A DNA stretch of 64,000 nt from Octopus sinensis. Its lineage: Eukaryota. Below, piece by piece: positions 11,004 to 24,900 of this stretch. A model generated the notes under the pieces. The model did not search any database. It was not told the DNA's origin and saw only the letters and a program-made list of their open reading frames with translations. The translations under genes were made by a program, and so were the position numbers. The stretch covers positions 97,340,001 to 97,404,000 of the forward strand of contig NC_043004.1 of the NCBI RefSeq assembly GCF_006345805.1, written 5' to 3'. Numbering within the stretch: position 1 is the stretch's first letter; every line of letters begins with the position of its first letter.

Positions 11004-12502
11004 GGTAATAATTTCTCAGAAAAGAGTAGAATTTAAATGTTTTCTCAAATAGCGTGTGTAACGGAAATAGATATGATGTTGCATCGGCTGAACTCGTAAC
11101 AAATTTAATTATCATTGTCTTTTTTAGGGAATAATACGATATCGAATATATTGTTAATTATCTGGGAATAAAAGAAAAAACGTTTTGGAGTATCTTTTTA
11201 AAGTTTCGTACAGACTATGTAAATGTGCTATGTTATAGCGATCTTAAATAAATTGAATTAACACTGGATATCTTTATAGCATATTAAACACAATTTGGAG
11301 ATACTTTTTCATAAAGACTCTCATGCTATGACATGAATATAACACCTGTCTCTCACAATAATGCAGATGCATTTTTACAAAGAACCATGAATTGAGATGC
11401 GTTCTGGAGAAAGAATGCGATCTGATGTATTTCTATCTCTTTCAAAGAATTTGGTGATACCTGTGGTGTAAAATTTCTAGCACTAGGATTAGAAACAGAG
11501 TTCTAGAATCTACCTGCTAAGAGCTTAACTCTGCTCTACAGGTTTTTGAATTTTGTTCCAATATTTAATCTGGAAGGTTCCATAGACATAAAATGAACTA
11601 TTTATGTCAATTGTATGGCAGCTGTTTCAAGGAAACAGTCATTTCTTGTCAAGATTAGAAGCTTTTCATAGAGGATCAGAGGAAAAGATTAACTACAGAA
11701 GTGAATCCTTAGTTTAATCCGTTTTATTTAAGGAATTTAAGTAACAGCTTCTCTTTTCGCATTTAGTTTCCATGGAATACATGTGTTCTGGTGTTGAGTA
11801 TGTATTTACATGTTTGTACTTCTATGTGAATCCACACACACACACACACACACACATGCACACTACACGCAAAGACCACACACATACACATGCATATGTC
11901 TTCTTGTTGTACATACTATATCCTTCAACCTCATATATGTGTGTGTATGTACATAATACATTTGTGTATGGATGCATGTTTTAAAATATGGGTGTAGCTG
12001 TAAACACGACACGTAAATATATGTGTGTGTGCGGATGTGCATGTGTGTGCTTGTATATTATGACTGTTAGGATTTGGTTTGGTTTGGTTCTAGTCTACAG
12101 AGCGTCAAATGTTTGACTAAAAGTTTCTTAGTTCAAATCTTTTCACAAATACTGGGCAGTATTTGTGGGCAAGACATTTAAAGTTCTCTATGGAAGAGTT
12201 CATAGTTTACTGCACCAATTAGCAATGTATTTCTGCTGTTTTGTAGATTTGCTGTTGTCAACTTGACTGCTACCATGGTTACCAGAAGATTTAACATTAT
12301 CAGTGCTCCATTATGCTCTTTGTAGATGCAGGGCTTCATCCAGGAGATACAAAAAATGTGATATTCCTCATCTTTGAACATGGTACACTAAAAGTCTAAT
12401 AAACTCAAACCTGATTCACCAATCTGGTTCTTACATGAAGAGTTAGCATCACTGCCTCATAAAGGTGCTTTACACTAAGGTTATATCACAAGAAAGAGAT
12501 GG

Positions 12503-12690
12503 TGGCGACCTGGCAGAGTCATTAGCATGCCGGGAAAAGAGCTTAGCGGCATTTCATCCGTCTTTACGTTCTGAATTCAAATTACATCGAAGTCGACTTT
12601 GCAGTTCTTCATTTCGTGGGCGATAAAATAAGTACCAGTTGAACAATGGGGTCTATGTAATCGACTTACCCCTGCCTCAAAATTTATTGA
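12503..12690 (+). mobile_element. Old SINE family B relative
   Basis: Degenerate GGCGACCTGGCAGAGTCATTAGC head and central block; similar older copies at 13350-13530 and 45370-45577 (minus) with a different tail. Confidence 0.6.
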
Positions 12691-14599
12691 AGAAAAAACT
12701 TAACTGGAGCAAGGGATTTTGGTGATATGTGTAGAAAGCTCACCATAAGAATTTGAGAGACCAACATACTTTCGTGTTCACATGGAAGTTTCATAGATTA
12801 TGCAACTCGGGTTTGTGAAGTGACAATTCGAAAAATATATATTGGCTTCCTTGTGACAGGGGAATTTTGGAGAGCATGCAGTTGATGCCTTACGTGGGGT
12901 TAACGTTCATTTGTTAACAGACAAGAACAAAGATTTAGTGATTAGTGAGGGGATGTGTGGGTGTACTGCAACACATTCAGTATGGACATGCACACAATGA
13001 TTTCATAACGAAAGAACGATACGAGAATTATAAATATGCAAAGGAAATAGCCTTAGCAAGGGTAAATAATATAGGGTATGAAATAGTTAAGAAACCTCGA
13101 TTAATACATAAAATAGAACCATTCTAACCAAAGGCCTGGAATTGAACATGGAGACCTTTAAAAAGAAATTTGATATAAACGCCAGTATGAGAATCATTGT
13201 TCATCCAAACTGAACATAGAATGACAAATAAATGATACTAAAATGCGTAATCCCAAAAGTAAGGAATCATAACCATTTCACCCTTTGGAATGAGACGGAT
13301 CAAATTTTAGAAAGTTTTGACATTCGTAACTAATTATCCTTTCTGCTATAGGCGTAGGTCTGACATTTTGGGGAGCGAAGACAAGTCGATTACATCAACC
13401 CCAGTACTCAATTTGCACTTATTTTTATCAACCCTGGAAGAATGGAAAGCAAAGTCGACCTCAGCGGAAGTTGAACTCAGAACGTAAAGACAGACGAAAT
13501 GCCGTTGAGTATCTTTCAAGCGTGTTACCGATTCAGCCAACTCGCTGCCTTCGAAGATTTAATTAATAATAAAAAAAAAATGAAGTTCCTTCAATTATGT
13601 CACCACTAATTTTTCATAAATCACTAATTTTCACAAAGTAAATCCTCGATTTAACTACAGATGCAATTGATATAATTATAGCAAAAGAATAATTTAATTT
13701 CTTAACAAGAACTGCAGATTAGAAAGTGAAAAAGATGCACGAGTTTTTCCGTCTCTGCAATAACAACAAACGAGGTCATCTGTTCTGATTATGTCAATTT
13801 ACAACAAATTCTGAAAAGTTTCTGAAAAATTATGCTGAGATTAGACACTTTTAACAGTTAATAACTTTAAATTTCGGCCATGGAACGATATCTTAAGGTA
13901 TTATAAAGTTTTCAAGGAAGTTAATCTTTCTATGTCTTTTAAATCGAATTAAAAAATAAACTTACTGTTTTATATTATACTTTCCATAAAAATACGGTGA
14001 ATCCGTATTACTTACACATATTATTTTACATTAACTCTTTTATTAACGGCTTAGAAATATATCAGTGAGAATCTCTAAGCAGTCAGCCAACGAAGAAATA
14101 TTGAAAGATTATGCTTAGTACTATAATGAGGTACTGAAAAGGAGAGGCTATAAAGATATATTTACTTATAGATTTCCTTATTATTACATAAAAATCTAAC
14201 TTCTATAACAAACTGAGAGAACTGCACAAACACTGAATAACCAAGTAATATGTACTCAATGAAATGTGATGACATAGGAAACAAAAAGTCAAATAGTGGT
14301 GGCACTGACTATATCAACTAGCCGTAACTGAAACAAAAGCAATAATATAGTAGAAAAAAAGAGAAAAAAATCGTAATTAAATATACTCCCATAATCACTG
14401 GAAATAGAAATCTAAATGGAAGCACAAATATAAACCCCAAGTTATGGCGAGATTTCTATTAGCATCTCTAGAAACTGCGGCAATGAGAAATCGTCCACAC
14501 AAAGACCTATATCACATACCACTATAAGTACCCCCAGCACCAGTATACCAACATCACCCCCATCACCATTCACCACCAACAACACCACTATCACCACCT

Positions 14600-14810
14600 C
14601 AACTACTTGAGGAAAGTGTGGAATCCCATGACAATAATTATTCCTGTAGTAATTAGAGCATTTGGCACAATACCCAAAATGTTACTAAAAAGACTAGAAA
14701 AGGTTGGAATAGAAACTTGCCTTATTGACCAGCAGAAAAGAACCATCCTGTATTCTGCAAGAAAATTGTTAAGATACGAGGAGACTTGTTACCAAACATC
14801 AAGATGAAAT
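14600..14810 (+). mobile_element. Divergent RLE retrotransposon 3' fragment
   Basis: IIPVVIRAFGTIPK...QKRTILYSARKLLR. Confidence 0.65.
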
Positions 14811-14894
14811 ATCTGCTAAATTAGCATGCACTAGCGCAATAACAATAACAATAACAATAATAATAACAATAATAATAATTATAATAATAATTAT

Positions 14895-15250
14895 AATAAA
14901 GAAATGGAGAAACTTTCAAAATACAAAGACCTGGAAATAGAGGTAAGCAGAATGTGGAATCTAAAAACAGAAACAATTCCTATCATAGTACTAGGCATTA
15001 GGCATGATAAAAAAATATACAGACAAATACATAACAAAAACACAGGACTTACAAACACATATAACATACAGAAAACTACTGGACACCCAGCAGGCACTGC
15101 ACACATCCTACGCAGAACACTTTCCATACAATAACTATCAGAGCATCACAACAAATCACAGCACATACCCAAGGCACACAGAGCTGCGCTCGGTAGTGAA
15201 ATGAAAGCACGCTATAAAAAATAAAACTACTGAATAATAATAATAATAAC

Positions 15251-15292
<42 letters not shown>

Positions 15293-15691
15293 TATAATAA
15301 TGATAATAATAATAATAATAATAATAATAATATATAATAATAATAATATAATAATAATTATAATAAAGAAATGGAGAAACTTTCAAAATACAAAGACCTG
15401 GAAATAGAGGTAAGCAGAATGTGGAATCTAAAAACAGAAACAATTCCTATCATAGTACTAGGCATTAGGCATGATAAAAAAATATACAGACAAATACATA
15501 ACAAAAACACCAGGACTTACAAACACATATAACATACAGAAAATTGCACTACTAGGCACTGCACACATCCTACGCAGAACACTTTCCATACAATAACTAT
15601 CAGAGCATCACAACAAATCACAGCACATACCCAAGGCACACAGAGCTGCGCTCGGTAGTGAAATGAAAGCACGCTATAAAAAATAAAACTA

Positions 15692-15694
<3 letters not shown>
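14895..15694 (+). mobile_element. Two tandem 5'-truncated R4/Dong-like 3' ends (14895-15232, 15362-15694) in (AAT)n
   Basis: MEKLSKYKDLEIEVSRMWNLK plus the same 3'UTR as 10487-10825; identical truncation point. Confidence 0.9.
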
Positions 15695-15753
<59 letters not shown>

Positions 15754-15761
15754 TAATAATG

Positions 15762-15816
<55 letters not shown>

Positions 15817-16129
15817 TTATAATAATGATAATTATGATAATGATGATGATATACCTACCAGTATTACTGATAACGATATTGAGAACTTCTCCCAATATGA
15901 TATAATAATATAGAAGTAAATAAATCTAATTATATATCTGTTGCTGAAAAACATTCATTTACTGAATTATATGAAAAGACTACTATGCAAATGATAATAA
16001 ATTCAGAGCAATAGTCTTCGATGAGAACGCAGCGGATTCTCGGATTCTAACACTAGTAGTGATAATCATAAACATCCACTCGGTGTCCTTCCACCGTCGT
16101 CACAACATGAGTCCTGAAATGTTTTATAT

Positions 16130-16560
16130 TTCTTTACTATCCACAAGGGGCCAAACAAGGACAGACAAAGCGATTAAGTCGATTCCATCGACCCCAGTGC
16201 GTAACTGGTTCTTAATTTATCGACCCCGAAAGGATGAAAGGCAAAGTCAACCTCGGCGGAATTTGAACTCAGAACGTAACGGCAGACGAAATACGTATTT
16301 CTTTATTAACCACAAGGGGCTAAACATAGAGGGGACAAACAAGGACAGACATAGGTATTAAGTCGATTATATCGACCCCAGTGCGTAACTGGTACTTAAT
16401 TTATCGACCTCGAAAGGATGAAAGGTAAAGTCGACCTCGGCGGAATTTGAACTCAGAACGTAACGGCAGACGTTCTGAGTTCAAATTCCGCCGAGGTCGA
16501 CTTTACCTTTCATCCTTACGGCTACGCATTTCGCCCGGCGTGCTACCGTTTCTGCCAATG
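16130..16560 (-). mobile_element. SINE family B dimer with an internal fold-back inversion
   Basis: Two body units plus one head; inverted duplication at 16414-16517. Confidence 0.85.
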
Positions 16561-16945
16561 TTTTAACCTCACCAAAGCACACACACGTGCGGCGTGCGCA
16601 CGCACACACACAGGTACACACATCCACACATACACGCATATGCTCATACGTATATGTAGCCATGCGTGAGGTTAAATGTTTGGCGCCCATCAAATCCCCT
16701 CCTCCAAATGTCCCTATATACATACCCGCTTTTACTGGCAAAAAAATCCCCACAACTCACTCCAGGTTATCTAGAGGCAAATTTCACGACTTTAGATGCC
16801 CTCTGTGACTTCATTTCGTCTTCTTAACCGCATCCACAAACCGTGTGTGAAACTTCCTCACTTTCAGTATTTGAGAGCAATTGCCATTTCTTCTATACCA
16901 GCCATCTCTGACGAGTGCAGTTATTATTTAGTTAGATTACTTCAT

Positions 16946-17342
16946 GTGGAGGCGCAATGGCCCAGTGGTTAGGGCAGCGGACTCGCGGTCTTGAAAGGCA
17001 AAGATCGCGGTTTCGATTCCCAGACCGGGCGTTATGAGTGTTTATTGAGCGAAAACACCTAAAAGCTCCACGAGGCTCCGGCAGGGGATGCTGGTGATCC
17101 CTGCTGTACTCTTTCACCACAACTTTCTCTCACTCTTACTTCCTGTTTCTGTTTTACCTGTATTTCAAAGGGCTGGCCTTGTCACTCTCTGTGTCACGCT
17201 GAATATCCACGAGAACTACGTTAAGGGTACACGTGTCTGTGGAGTGCTCAGCCACTTACACGTTAATTTCACGAGCAGGCTGTTCCGTTGATTCGGATCA
17301 ACCGGAACCCTCGTCGTCGTTACCGACGGAGTGCTTCCATCC
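16946..17342 (+). mobile_element. tRNA-derived SINE family C with 12-bp TSD
   Basis: GGCGCAATGGCCCAGTGGTTAG head; AGATTACTTCAT at 16934-16945 and 17343-17354. Confidence 0.85.
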
Positions 17343-17460
17343 AGATTACTTCATATCCTGTACGAAGCTAGTTGGTAAGGTTATCTGTAATAAATTTATA
17401 GTTCTGTATGCTTTGATTAATTGTCCTATATACGTGTGCATATTTTTTCTGATACGGATT

Positions 17461-17501
<41 letters not shown>

Positions 17502-17685
17502 TACAGAGTGTCCTAGAATTAACTATTTAATCGACATCGGACAGTTCTTTTAAAAGCCTACTTTTATTCAAGTTTATCATGTTTAATATATGTTAAAAAT
17601 TTATAACTTTTAAAATTTTGTTTATAATGTTATCGGTTTTATAATTTTTTAATGATTTTATTTATTTTTTTAAATTTTTTTTTAT

Positions 17686-18346
17686 TTTACTTGTTTCAGT
17701 CATGTGACTGTGGCCATGCTGGATCACCGCCTTTTTTAGTCGATCAAATCGACCCCAGGACTTATTCTTTGTAAGCCTAGTACTTATTTTATCGGTCTCT
17801 TTTTTGCCGAACCGCTAAGTTACGGGGACGTAAACATACCAAGCATCGGTTGTGAAGCAATGTTTGGGGGACAAACACAGACACACAAACACGCACATAC
17901 ACATATATATATATATATACGACGGGCTTCTTTCAGTTTCCGTCTACCAAATCCACTCACAAGGCTTTGGTCGGCCCGAGGCTATAGTAGAAGACACTTA
18001 CCCAAGGTGCCACGCAGTGGGACTGAACCCGGAACCATGTGGTTCGTAAGCAAGCTACTTACCACACAGCCACTCCTACGCCTATCTGTTCACAACTTTT
18101 TTTTTCAATTTGGCTGCAATCTATTTCTATTTCTCTACTACCCACAAGGGGCTAAATACAGAGGGGACAAACAAGGACAGACAAACGGATTAAGTCGATT
18201 ATATCGACCCCAGTGCGTAACTGGTACTTATTTAATCGACCCCGAAAGGATGAAAGGCAAAGTCGACCTCGGCGGAATTTGAACTCAGAACGTAACGTCA
18301 GACGAAATACGGCTACGCATTTTGCCGGCGGTGCTAACGTTTCTGC
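17686..18346 (-). mobile_element. SINE A (17686-18083) followed by SINE B (18126-18346)
   Basis: Family consensus motifs as above. Confidence 0.85.
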
Positions 18347-18721
18347 AATTTGGCTGCAATCATTTCCTCGACCTCCATCCCCATGTTGGGGCAATAGTTA
18401 AGCTGAACTTAAAAGAACGCATTCAGTTAGCTGTGCGGGAGATAACTCACGAAGTGCTTCAAAATGTGTTTCGCAACACTAAGGATAGATTTTAAATATA
18501 CAGGGATACAGACGAAGCACATATTCAAAATTTTCAATAAGGTTGTGACCTAAGATATATAAACCTATTTATTTTGGTACCAAAATTAAATTATAAACAT
18601 AAAAGTCATGCCTTTTGCTTCTTAAATTTGCCCGATTTCTTTGAAACAGATAGTTAAATTTAGGATAAATTGTTTGTAAAATGCATGTATACCATCTTCA
18701 TATATATATATATATATATAC

Positions 18722-18794
<73 letters not shown>

Positions 18795-18893
18795 CATAAT
18801 GATGAAGGGTGAAATTAATTAATTTGGAATAATTATCAATTACACCAAGTAGTCTTCGGCATGTAAAAGCCTCATTCGAGGAAAATTTAAGTA

Positions 18894-19138
18894 ATACTAA
18901 GCAATAAAGGGTTTAGCAACGAATTGCCTTACCACATACCGAATTTAGATAACTTAAAATTGTATGATAGATTGCCGTCAATTCATTCTCTCTTACCTGT
19001 TTGTGCCTGCCTTCCAATTGCTGTTTTTACTGAGATCTCCCTTTTTAGTAGAAGAAATAGCTATAACTCTTTGACTGCTATTTCTAAATTCGGTATGTGG
19101 TAAGGCAATTCGTTGCTAAACCCTTTATTGCTTAGTAT
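18894..19138. mobile_element. Short element with a perfect 56-bp inverted repeat (MITE-like or Penelope-derived inversion)
   Basis: 18894-18949 is the exact reverse complement of 19083-19138; right end abuts (TA)n. Confidence 0.7.
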
Positions 19139-19281
19139 ATATATATACATATATATATAATATACATATATATATTATATATATATATATTATATATTTA
19201 TATATATATATATATATAATATATATATAATATATATAATATATATAATATATAATATATATATATATATACATACATCGC

Positions 19282-19610
19282 TTGGCTCAGTGGTTAGAGC
19301 GTCGAACTTACGATCGTGAGGGTGTGAGCTCGAATCCCGGACCGGGCTGCGTGTTGTGTTCTCGAGCAAGGCACTTTATTTCACGTTGCTCCAGTTCACT
19401 CAGCTGTAGAAATGAGTTGCGACGTCACAGGTGCCAAGCTGTATCGACCTTTGTCTTTCCCTTGGATAAACACTGGTGGCGTGGAGAGGGGAGGCTGGTA
19501 TGCATGGGCGACTGCTGGTCTTCCATAAAAAAACAACCTTGCCCGGACTTGTGTCTAGGAGGGTAACTTTCTAGGTGCAATCCCATGGTCATTCATGACC
19601 GAAGGGGGGT

Positions 19611-19612
<2 letters not shown>
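19282..19612 (+). mobile_element. tRNA-derived SINE (family C variant)
   Basis: TGGCTCAGTGGTTAGAGCG...CTCGAATCCCGG head; matches 63315-63659. Confidence 0.85.
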
Positions 19613-19660
<48 letters not shown>

Positions 19661-20827
19661 ATAAAAAGATGGTACGTATATATGAGTACGTAAGTATATC
19701 TATGTTTAAGTATGTGCATACATGGATACAGTCAATAAAATTCACACACACACACACAAATGTGTGTTAAAAATGTGTATGTATGCATGTGCATACCTAC
19801 GTATGAATATATCGTAACATATTCAAACGTACTGATAGCTCTCTCTAATAATGTATTTTTTCTATATAATTCATTAAAATATTATTTCCTGTAGAAGCTT
19901 GATTGGTTGTCTTTTGTCTTAGTTCATGATAATGTCTAATTTATTTCAAATGTCATTTAAGAAAAGTAAAAAGAATTATTTGTTTCTATGTGATATTAAT
20001 TACTTTAAATTTGATTTGCATTCTTAAAAACACAAAGTGTGTGAACAATGAGAAGTAGAAGACAGTAGTGGAGTGGAGTAAATGAGGAATAGAAATAAGT
20101 AGGTAATTTGGAAGAGATTTGAGTAATTCTAGTACAGAAATTGCAGTATTGAATTGCGGTACATAATCTTAAACCTATATCTTCATTGACTGCTTAAATA
20201 ACTAAATCTTTTCAAAGTTTTTTTTTTCTGTTTATACTTTGAAACAGCTGCAAAATATAAAGATATGTTCCACCTTACATCTTCTACACGCTTAAAAGTT
20301 GTGTATTACATGTAAATATTTCTTTAACAATCTCACGGACTAATTGTGTTTTCAATGCCTGTTCTAGCCCTGTTATTATATATATTGTTTGCAAGGAGAC
20401 GTATTGTTTCTACATCTAACAGTCTAGCGTCCATCATTGACGAGAAGTGGCGGGCATTTATCTCCCTGCCAGCAATATAAACAAAAGTACATTTTGCACT
20501 AAAAGCCAATATGAGTTTCTCTCATGGTAACTACCGCAGTATAGTCTGTTCTAACAGAACATCCACTTTTATGTTGGGATAAATATCACCTCACGGCATC
20601 AATACTGCCTCTGTTTCTAATATATATTTTATAACAAGCTCACTGGCTAATTGTGATACCAATGCCTGTTCTAGCACTGTCACTCTATATATCGTTCGCA
20701 GGGAGATGAATCGTTGCTACATCTAGCAGTCGTGCATTCATCATTGAGAGGACCAAGGAAGTCACATTCATGTGATTCAGTGGTCACAGCTGTTGAGGTG
20801 ACGGGGGGTTTATCTCCCTGTCTGTGC

Positions 20828-21425
20828 GGTGAGCTGGCAGAATCGTTAGCACGCCGGGCGAAATGCTTAGCGGTATTTCGTCTGCGTTACGTTCTGAGTT
20901 CAAATTCCGCTGAGGTCGACTTTGCCTTTCATCCTTTCGGGGTCGATAAATTAAGTACCAGTTACGCACTGGGGTCGATGTAATCGACTTAATACCTATG
21001 TCTGTCCTTGTTTGTCCGCTCTGTGTTTAGCCCCCTTGTGGGTAATAAAGAAATAGGTATTTCGTCTGCCGTTACGTTCTGAGTTCAAATTCCGCCGAGG
21101 TCGACTATGCCTTTCATCCTTTCGAGGTCGATTAAATAAGTACCAATTATGCACTGGGGTCGCTATAATCGACTCAATCCGTTTGTTAGTCCTTTTTTGT
21201 CCTCTCTATATTTAGCCCCTTGTGGGTAGTAAAGAAATAGGTATTTCGTCTGCCGCTACGTTCTGAGTTCAAGTTCCGCCGAGGTCCACTTTGCCTTTCA
21301 TCCTTTCGGTGTCAATTAAATAAGTACCAGTTATGCACTGGGGACAATATACTCGACTTAATATCTTTGTCTGTCCTTGTTTGTCTCCTCTATGTTTAGC
21401 CCCCTGTGGGCAATAAAGAAATAGA
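20828..21425 (+). mobile_element. SINE family B trimer (one head, three bodies)
   Basis: Units joined at AAAGAAATAG|GTATTTCGTCTGCC at ~21057 and ~21240. Confidence 0.85.
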
Positions 21426-22169
21426 TATAAATAAGAGAACATTCTACACGAAAAAGCCAATATGATAATTTCTCGTACGGTATCAACCTCAGTATACATT
21501 TTTTTAACAGAACATCTACGTTTAAGTGGGGAGAGATATTACCTCGCAGTAAATTTAATAAATTACTTTTGGAGACTTGGTTTGTCATAGTCTGACACTC
21601 TATCTTGGGCAAGCTGTGTCCATAATATAGTTTTGATTCTCTCTTTTTGTATATTAATATTGCAGATTTTGCTATAAATAATTTATTCTTTATATCACTA
21701 TTAAATATTTTCTTGCAAAGACAATATGTATTGCATGTTACTAACTGAATTAGAGAATCTCAGTGTGTTTGTGTGAATGCATAAAATATGATGTGGGGGC
21801 ATTTTTTGACACCATGACACAGAGCAGACTCGGTGATTTTTCAAAATATTGAAGCTGTGACACTGAGTGAATGATAATAGTGATAATACTGGATTAAGCA
21901 AGTATGAAGTTAGGATTTTGATATTAAGGCAATAATTTGTTGAATGGTTTCAGATAATTTGACATTTTAAATGAAAATAAATGAATAAGATCAGCAAAAT
22001 GTGTTTGTTCACCTTGGGTACAGTTTTGCCATGTGACTATAAATTATTGAGAAAAACAAAGCATGAGGATATTCTAACAAATGGTTTCTGTTGGGTTTGC
22101 AAAAATTTCTCACCCAGCCAATCTCGTTCCTTTCCCCTTGTCCCTTTTCCTCTTATGCCATCTCTCTCC

Positions 22170-22222
<53 letters not shown>

Positions 22223-22546
22223 GCACACACTCACACAAACGCATACTGCTGCCAATTTATTTATATACGTATTTGACATTGTTCAGGTCTGGCAACCACT
22301 ATACTTGGCTTATAATTACTTAATTGTCAAGAAAGCTGCATTGAGCAAGTGCGTTAAGCTTAAAATTAAGTGAATAATTAATATTTCTATTACTTTATCT
22401 TTATTTAAGGTTTCCTTTAATTGCGAGAAATTCTATATGTGCTCTCACTATTGGACTCCATGCAAACATGACTGCCTCTTAAGAGTAAAATATAAATATA
22501 TGTATATATCTTTCTCTCTCCCTTTTTCTCTCCATCACTCTCTCCT

Positions 22547-22580
<34 letters not shown>

Positions 22581-22919
22581 TCTCTCTCTCTCTTCCGCTC
22601 TATCTGAAAATTCATTTAAACAAGTAATCAGAAATTTTAGTTCTGTTGACTCATAATTAAGACATAGCATTACCCAATTCTTAAAAAATATTTCTGCAAT
22701 ATATGAGTGCACTTTAAGCTAAGTGAATAATTATTATTTCGGTTGCTTTTATTCTGTATAATAAGTGGGTGGACACAGAAAACGAGGCCTCTTCAAGTCA
22801 CAGATAATATAGCTTGTCCAAGGGAATAGTAAAAATTTATACAGGAAAGAGAAGACATGTCAGTCCTGTTTAACATCTTCTCTAGTGTAAATGACATTAT
22901 ATGTACATGCATACATACA

Positions 22920-23831
22920 TCTACTACAGATGTGGGAAATTCTGTCTGTGGGTGTGTTTGTGGAGTTGTTAGCTAACTCCTCCTACACCGTTTTATCGAT
23001 TTTGATGAAACTTGACACGGGAGTAGAACTCATGTCTGGAAACCTCATGGCATAATCAGACTATTGAAAAAGTCGATAATAGGGCCACCGGAAATGATCC
23101 TTATAGATATCTAATATATTTTATTTTTAAAACCAAGGGAAATGACCCATTCGCCCCTGGAAGGGATCGTTATATATAGCCAAGAGAAATAACCCGTTCA
23201 TTTTCCTAAATTATTTGGTAAAAATGAAATTGAGTATGCTTATTTCTTAGTATTTGAACTGTTAGAGTTGTTGTCGCAATTTATCCAGTACAACCCTTAA
23301 ACAAGTAAATATTATTTTCCTAAACAATAGATCCACTTATTTCGGTTGGCGACTTATTCACGAACATACCAAAACTAGGACCCCTGAGGGTAATATCCCC
23401 TGGGAACGCACAAAAGCCCTTTTCAGAGTTATTTACTTTGAATTATTATTCATATCTGATGAGCTTGTTACTACGTAATATGTTTCACGATTTTAGTATA
23501 CATACCTTATTAGTATTGCCTCCTATGTTCTATATACTCTGGGAACACATTAAAATCATTTGGGGGAGCTACTTTATTTGAATTCTTACTATCAGGTAAC
23601 TAATTTCATATTATTTCATAACTGACTTCACAATTTGTGTATTCATAACTTATTGGGAATTCCTAAAAACAAGATCCTGTGTAAGACAGTTCGGTATTCT
23701 CTGTAAATGCACAAAAACCGTTTTAAGGGCTATATACTTTGTATTGTTGTTATTGGATTGGCGAAACAATTATGAGAACGGAATCAGGAATAAGCCCCAT
23801 TTTCCCAGGAATTACCGAGTACGTCAACTAG
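22920..23831 (+). mobile_element. Non-autonomous Helitron-like element
   Basis: 5' TC start, CGATTTTGATGAAACTTG subterminal motif, 3' degenerate hairpin then CTAG/T. Confidence 0.6.
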
Positions 23832-23934
23832 TACCCCCCATCACACACACACATATCTATATATATGTGCATAACTTAGATATGCTTCGACCAAAGATTG
23901 GTCCAGGCCATGTCTAACTTAATAGCACCACCTG

Positions 23935-24260
23935 AGAGGATTAGCTAAATCCATTTTAAGTCAAGTTTAGTAGTATCATGGTCCATTCGAGTAGGGAGTT
24001 CTTGTTGAGTGAGTTGCTGGTATTCCTTGAAGAAATTTATCCAGATTCTGTGTAAAGGTAAGGGGATCCTTTTCTTCTTTGATCTGTTTCGGGACAATAT
24101 TAAATAGGGCCGAGCCTGTTGAGAAAAAGAAATTGTGTTGCAATGTGTTTATATGTTGTAATCCTGATTTGGGTAGGGGATGTATGGCCCGTGGTCCTAG
24201 CCTTCGATGAATTTTGAAGTTAATGTTGAGGTTGTTTGGGCAATGCTGGTGGTATATTCT

Positions 24261-24262
<2 letters not shown>
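23935..24262 (-). mobile_element. CR1-type LINE 3' end remnant
   Basis: GSALFNIVPKQIKEEKDPLTFTQNLDKFLQGIP. Confidence 0.75.
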
Positions 24263-24299
<37 letters not shown>

Positions 24300-24319
24300 T
24301 ATATGTATGTACACATCAT

Positions 24320-24510
24320 CGTCATCCTCTTCTTCATCATTTAGCATCCCTTTCCCATGCTGGCATGGGTTAGATGGCTTGACTAGGAGTGGAAATCCAG
24401 AGAGCTGAGCCAAGCACCAGTCTGATATGGGATGGTATATACAGCTGGATGTCCTTCCTAATATCAACCACTCCAAGAGTGTTGTGGGTACCTTTTACAT
24501 TTCACCAGCA
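24320..24510 (-). mobile_element. SINE or LINE-tail family D with (GAT)n tail, degenerate
   Basis: Matches 27180-27545 (CCATGCTGGCATGGG, GGATGTCCTTCCTAA). Confidence 0.6.
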
Positions 24511-24858
24511 TACACATATATACATACATATATACATATACATACACACACACACATATATATATATATATACACACACACATATATCTATGTACATATA
24601 TTCATATACACACACACATACATATATACATTTATATAACAAAAATAACAATTGGAATTGTTAATTATTTATTTTGAATTTACCATGTGATAAGTAGCTT
24701 GCTTATGAACGACATGGTTCCAGGTTCAGTCCCACTGCATGGCACCTTGGGCAAGTGCCTTCTACTATAGCCTCAGGGCGACCAAAGCCTTGTGAGTAGT
24801 TTTGGTAGACGGAAACTGAATGAATCCCGTCGTATATATGTGCATATATATATATATA

Positions 24859-24900
<42 letters not shown>

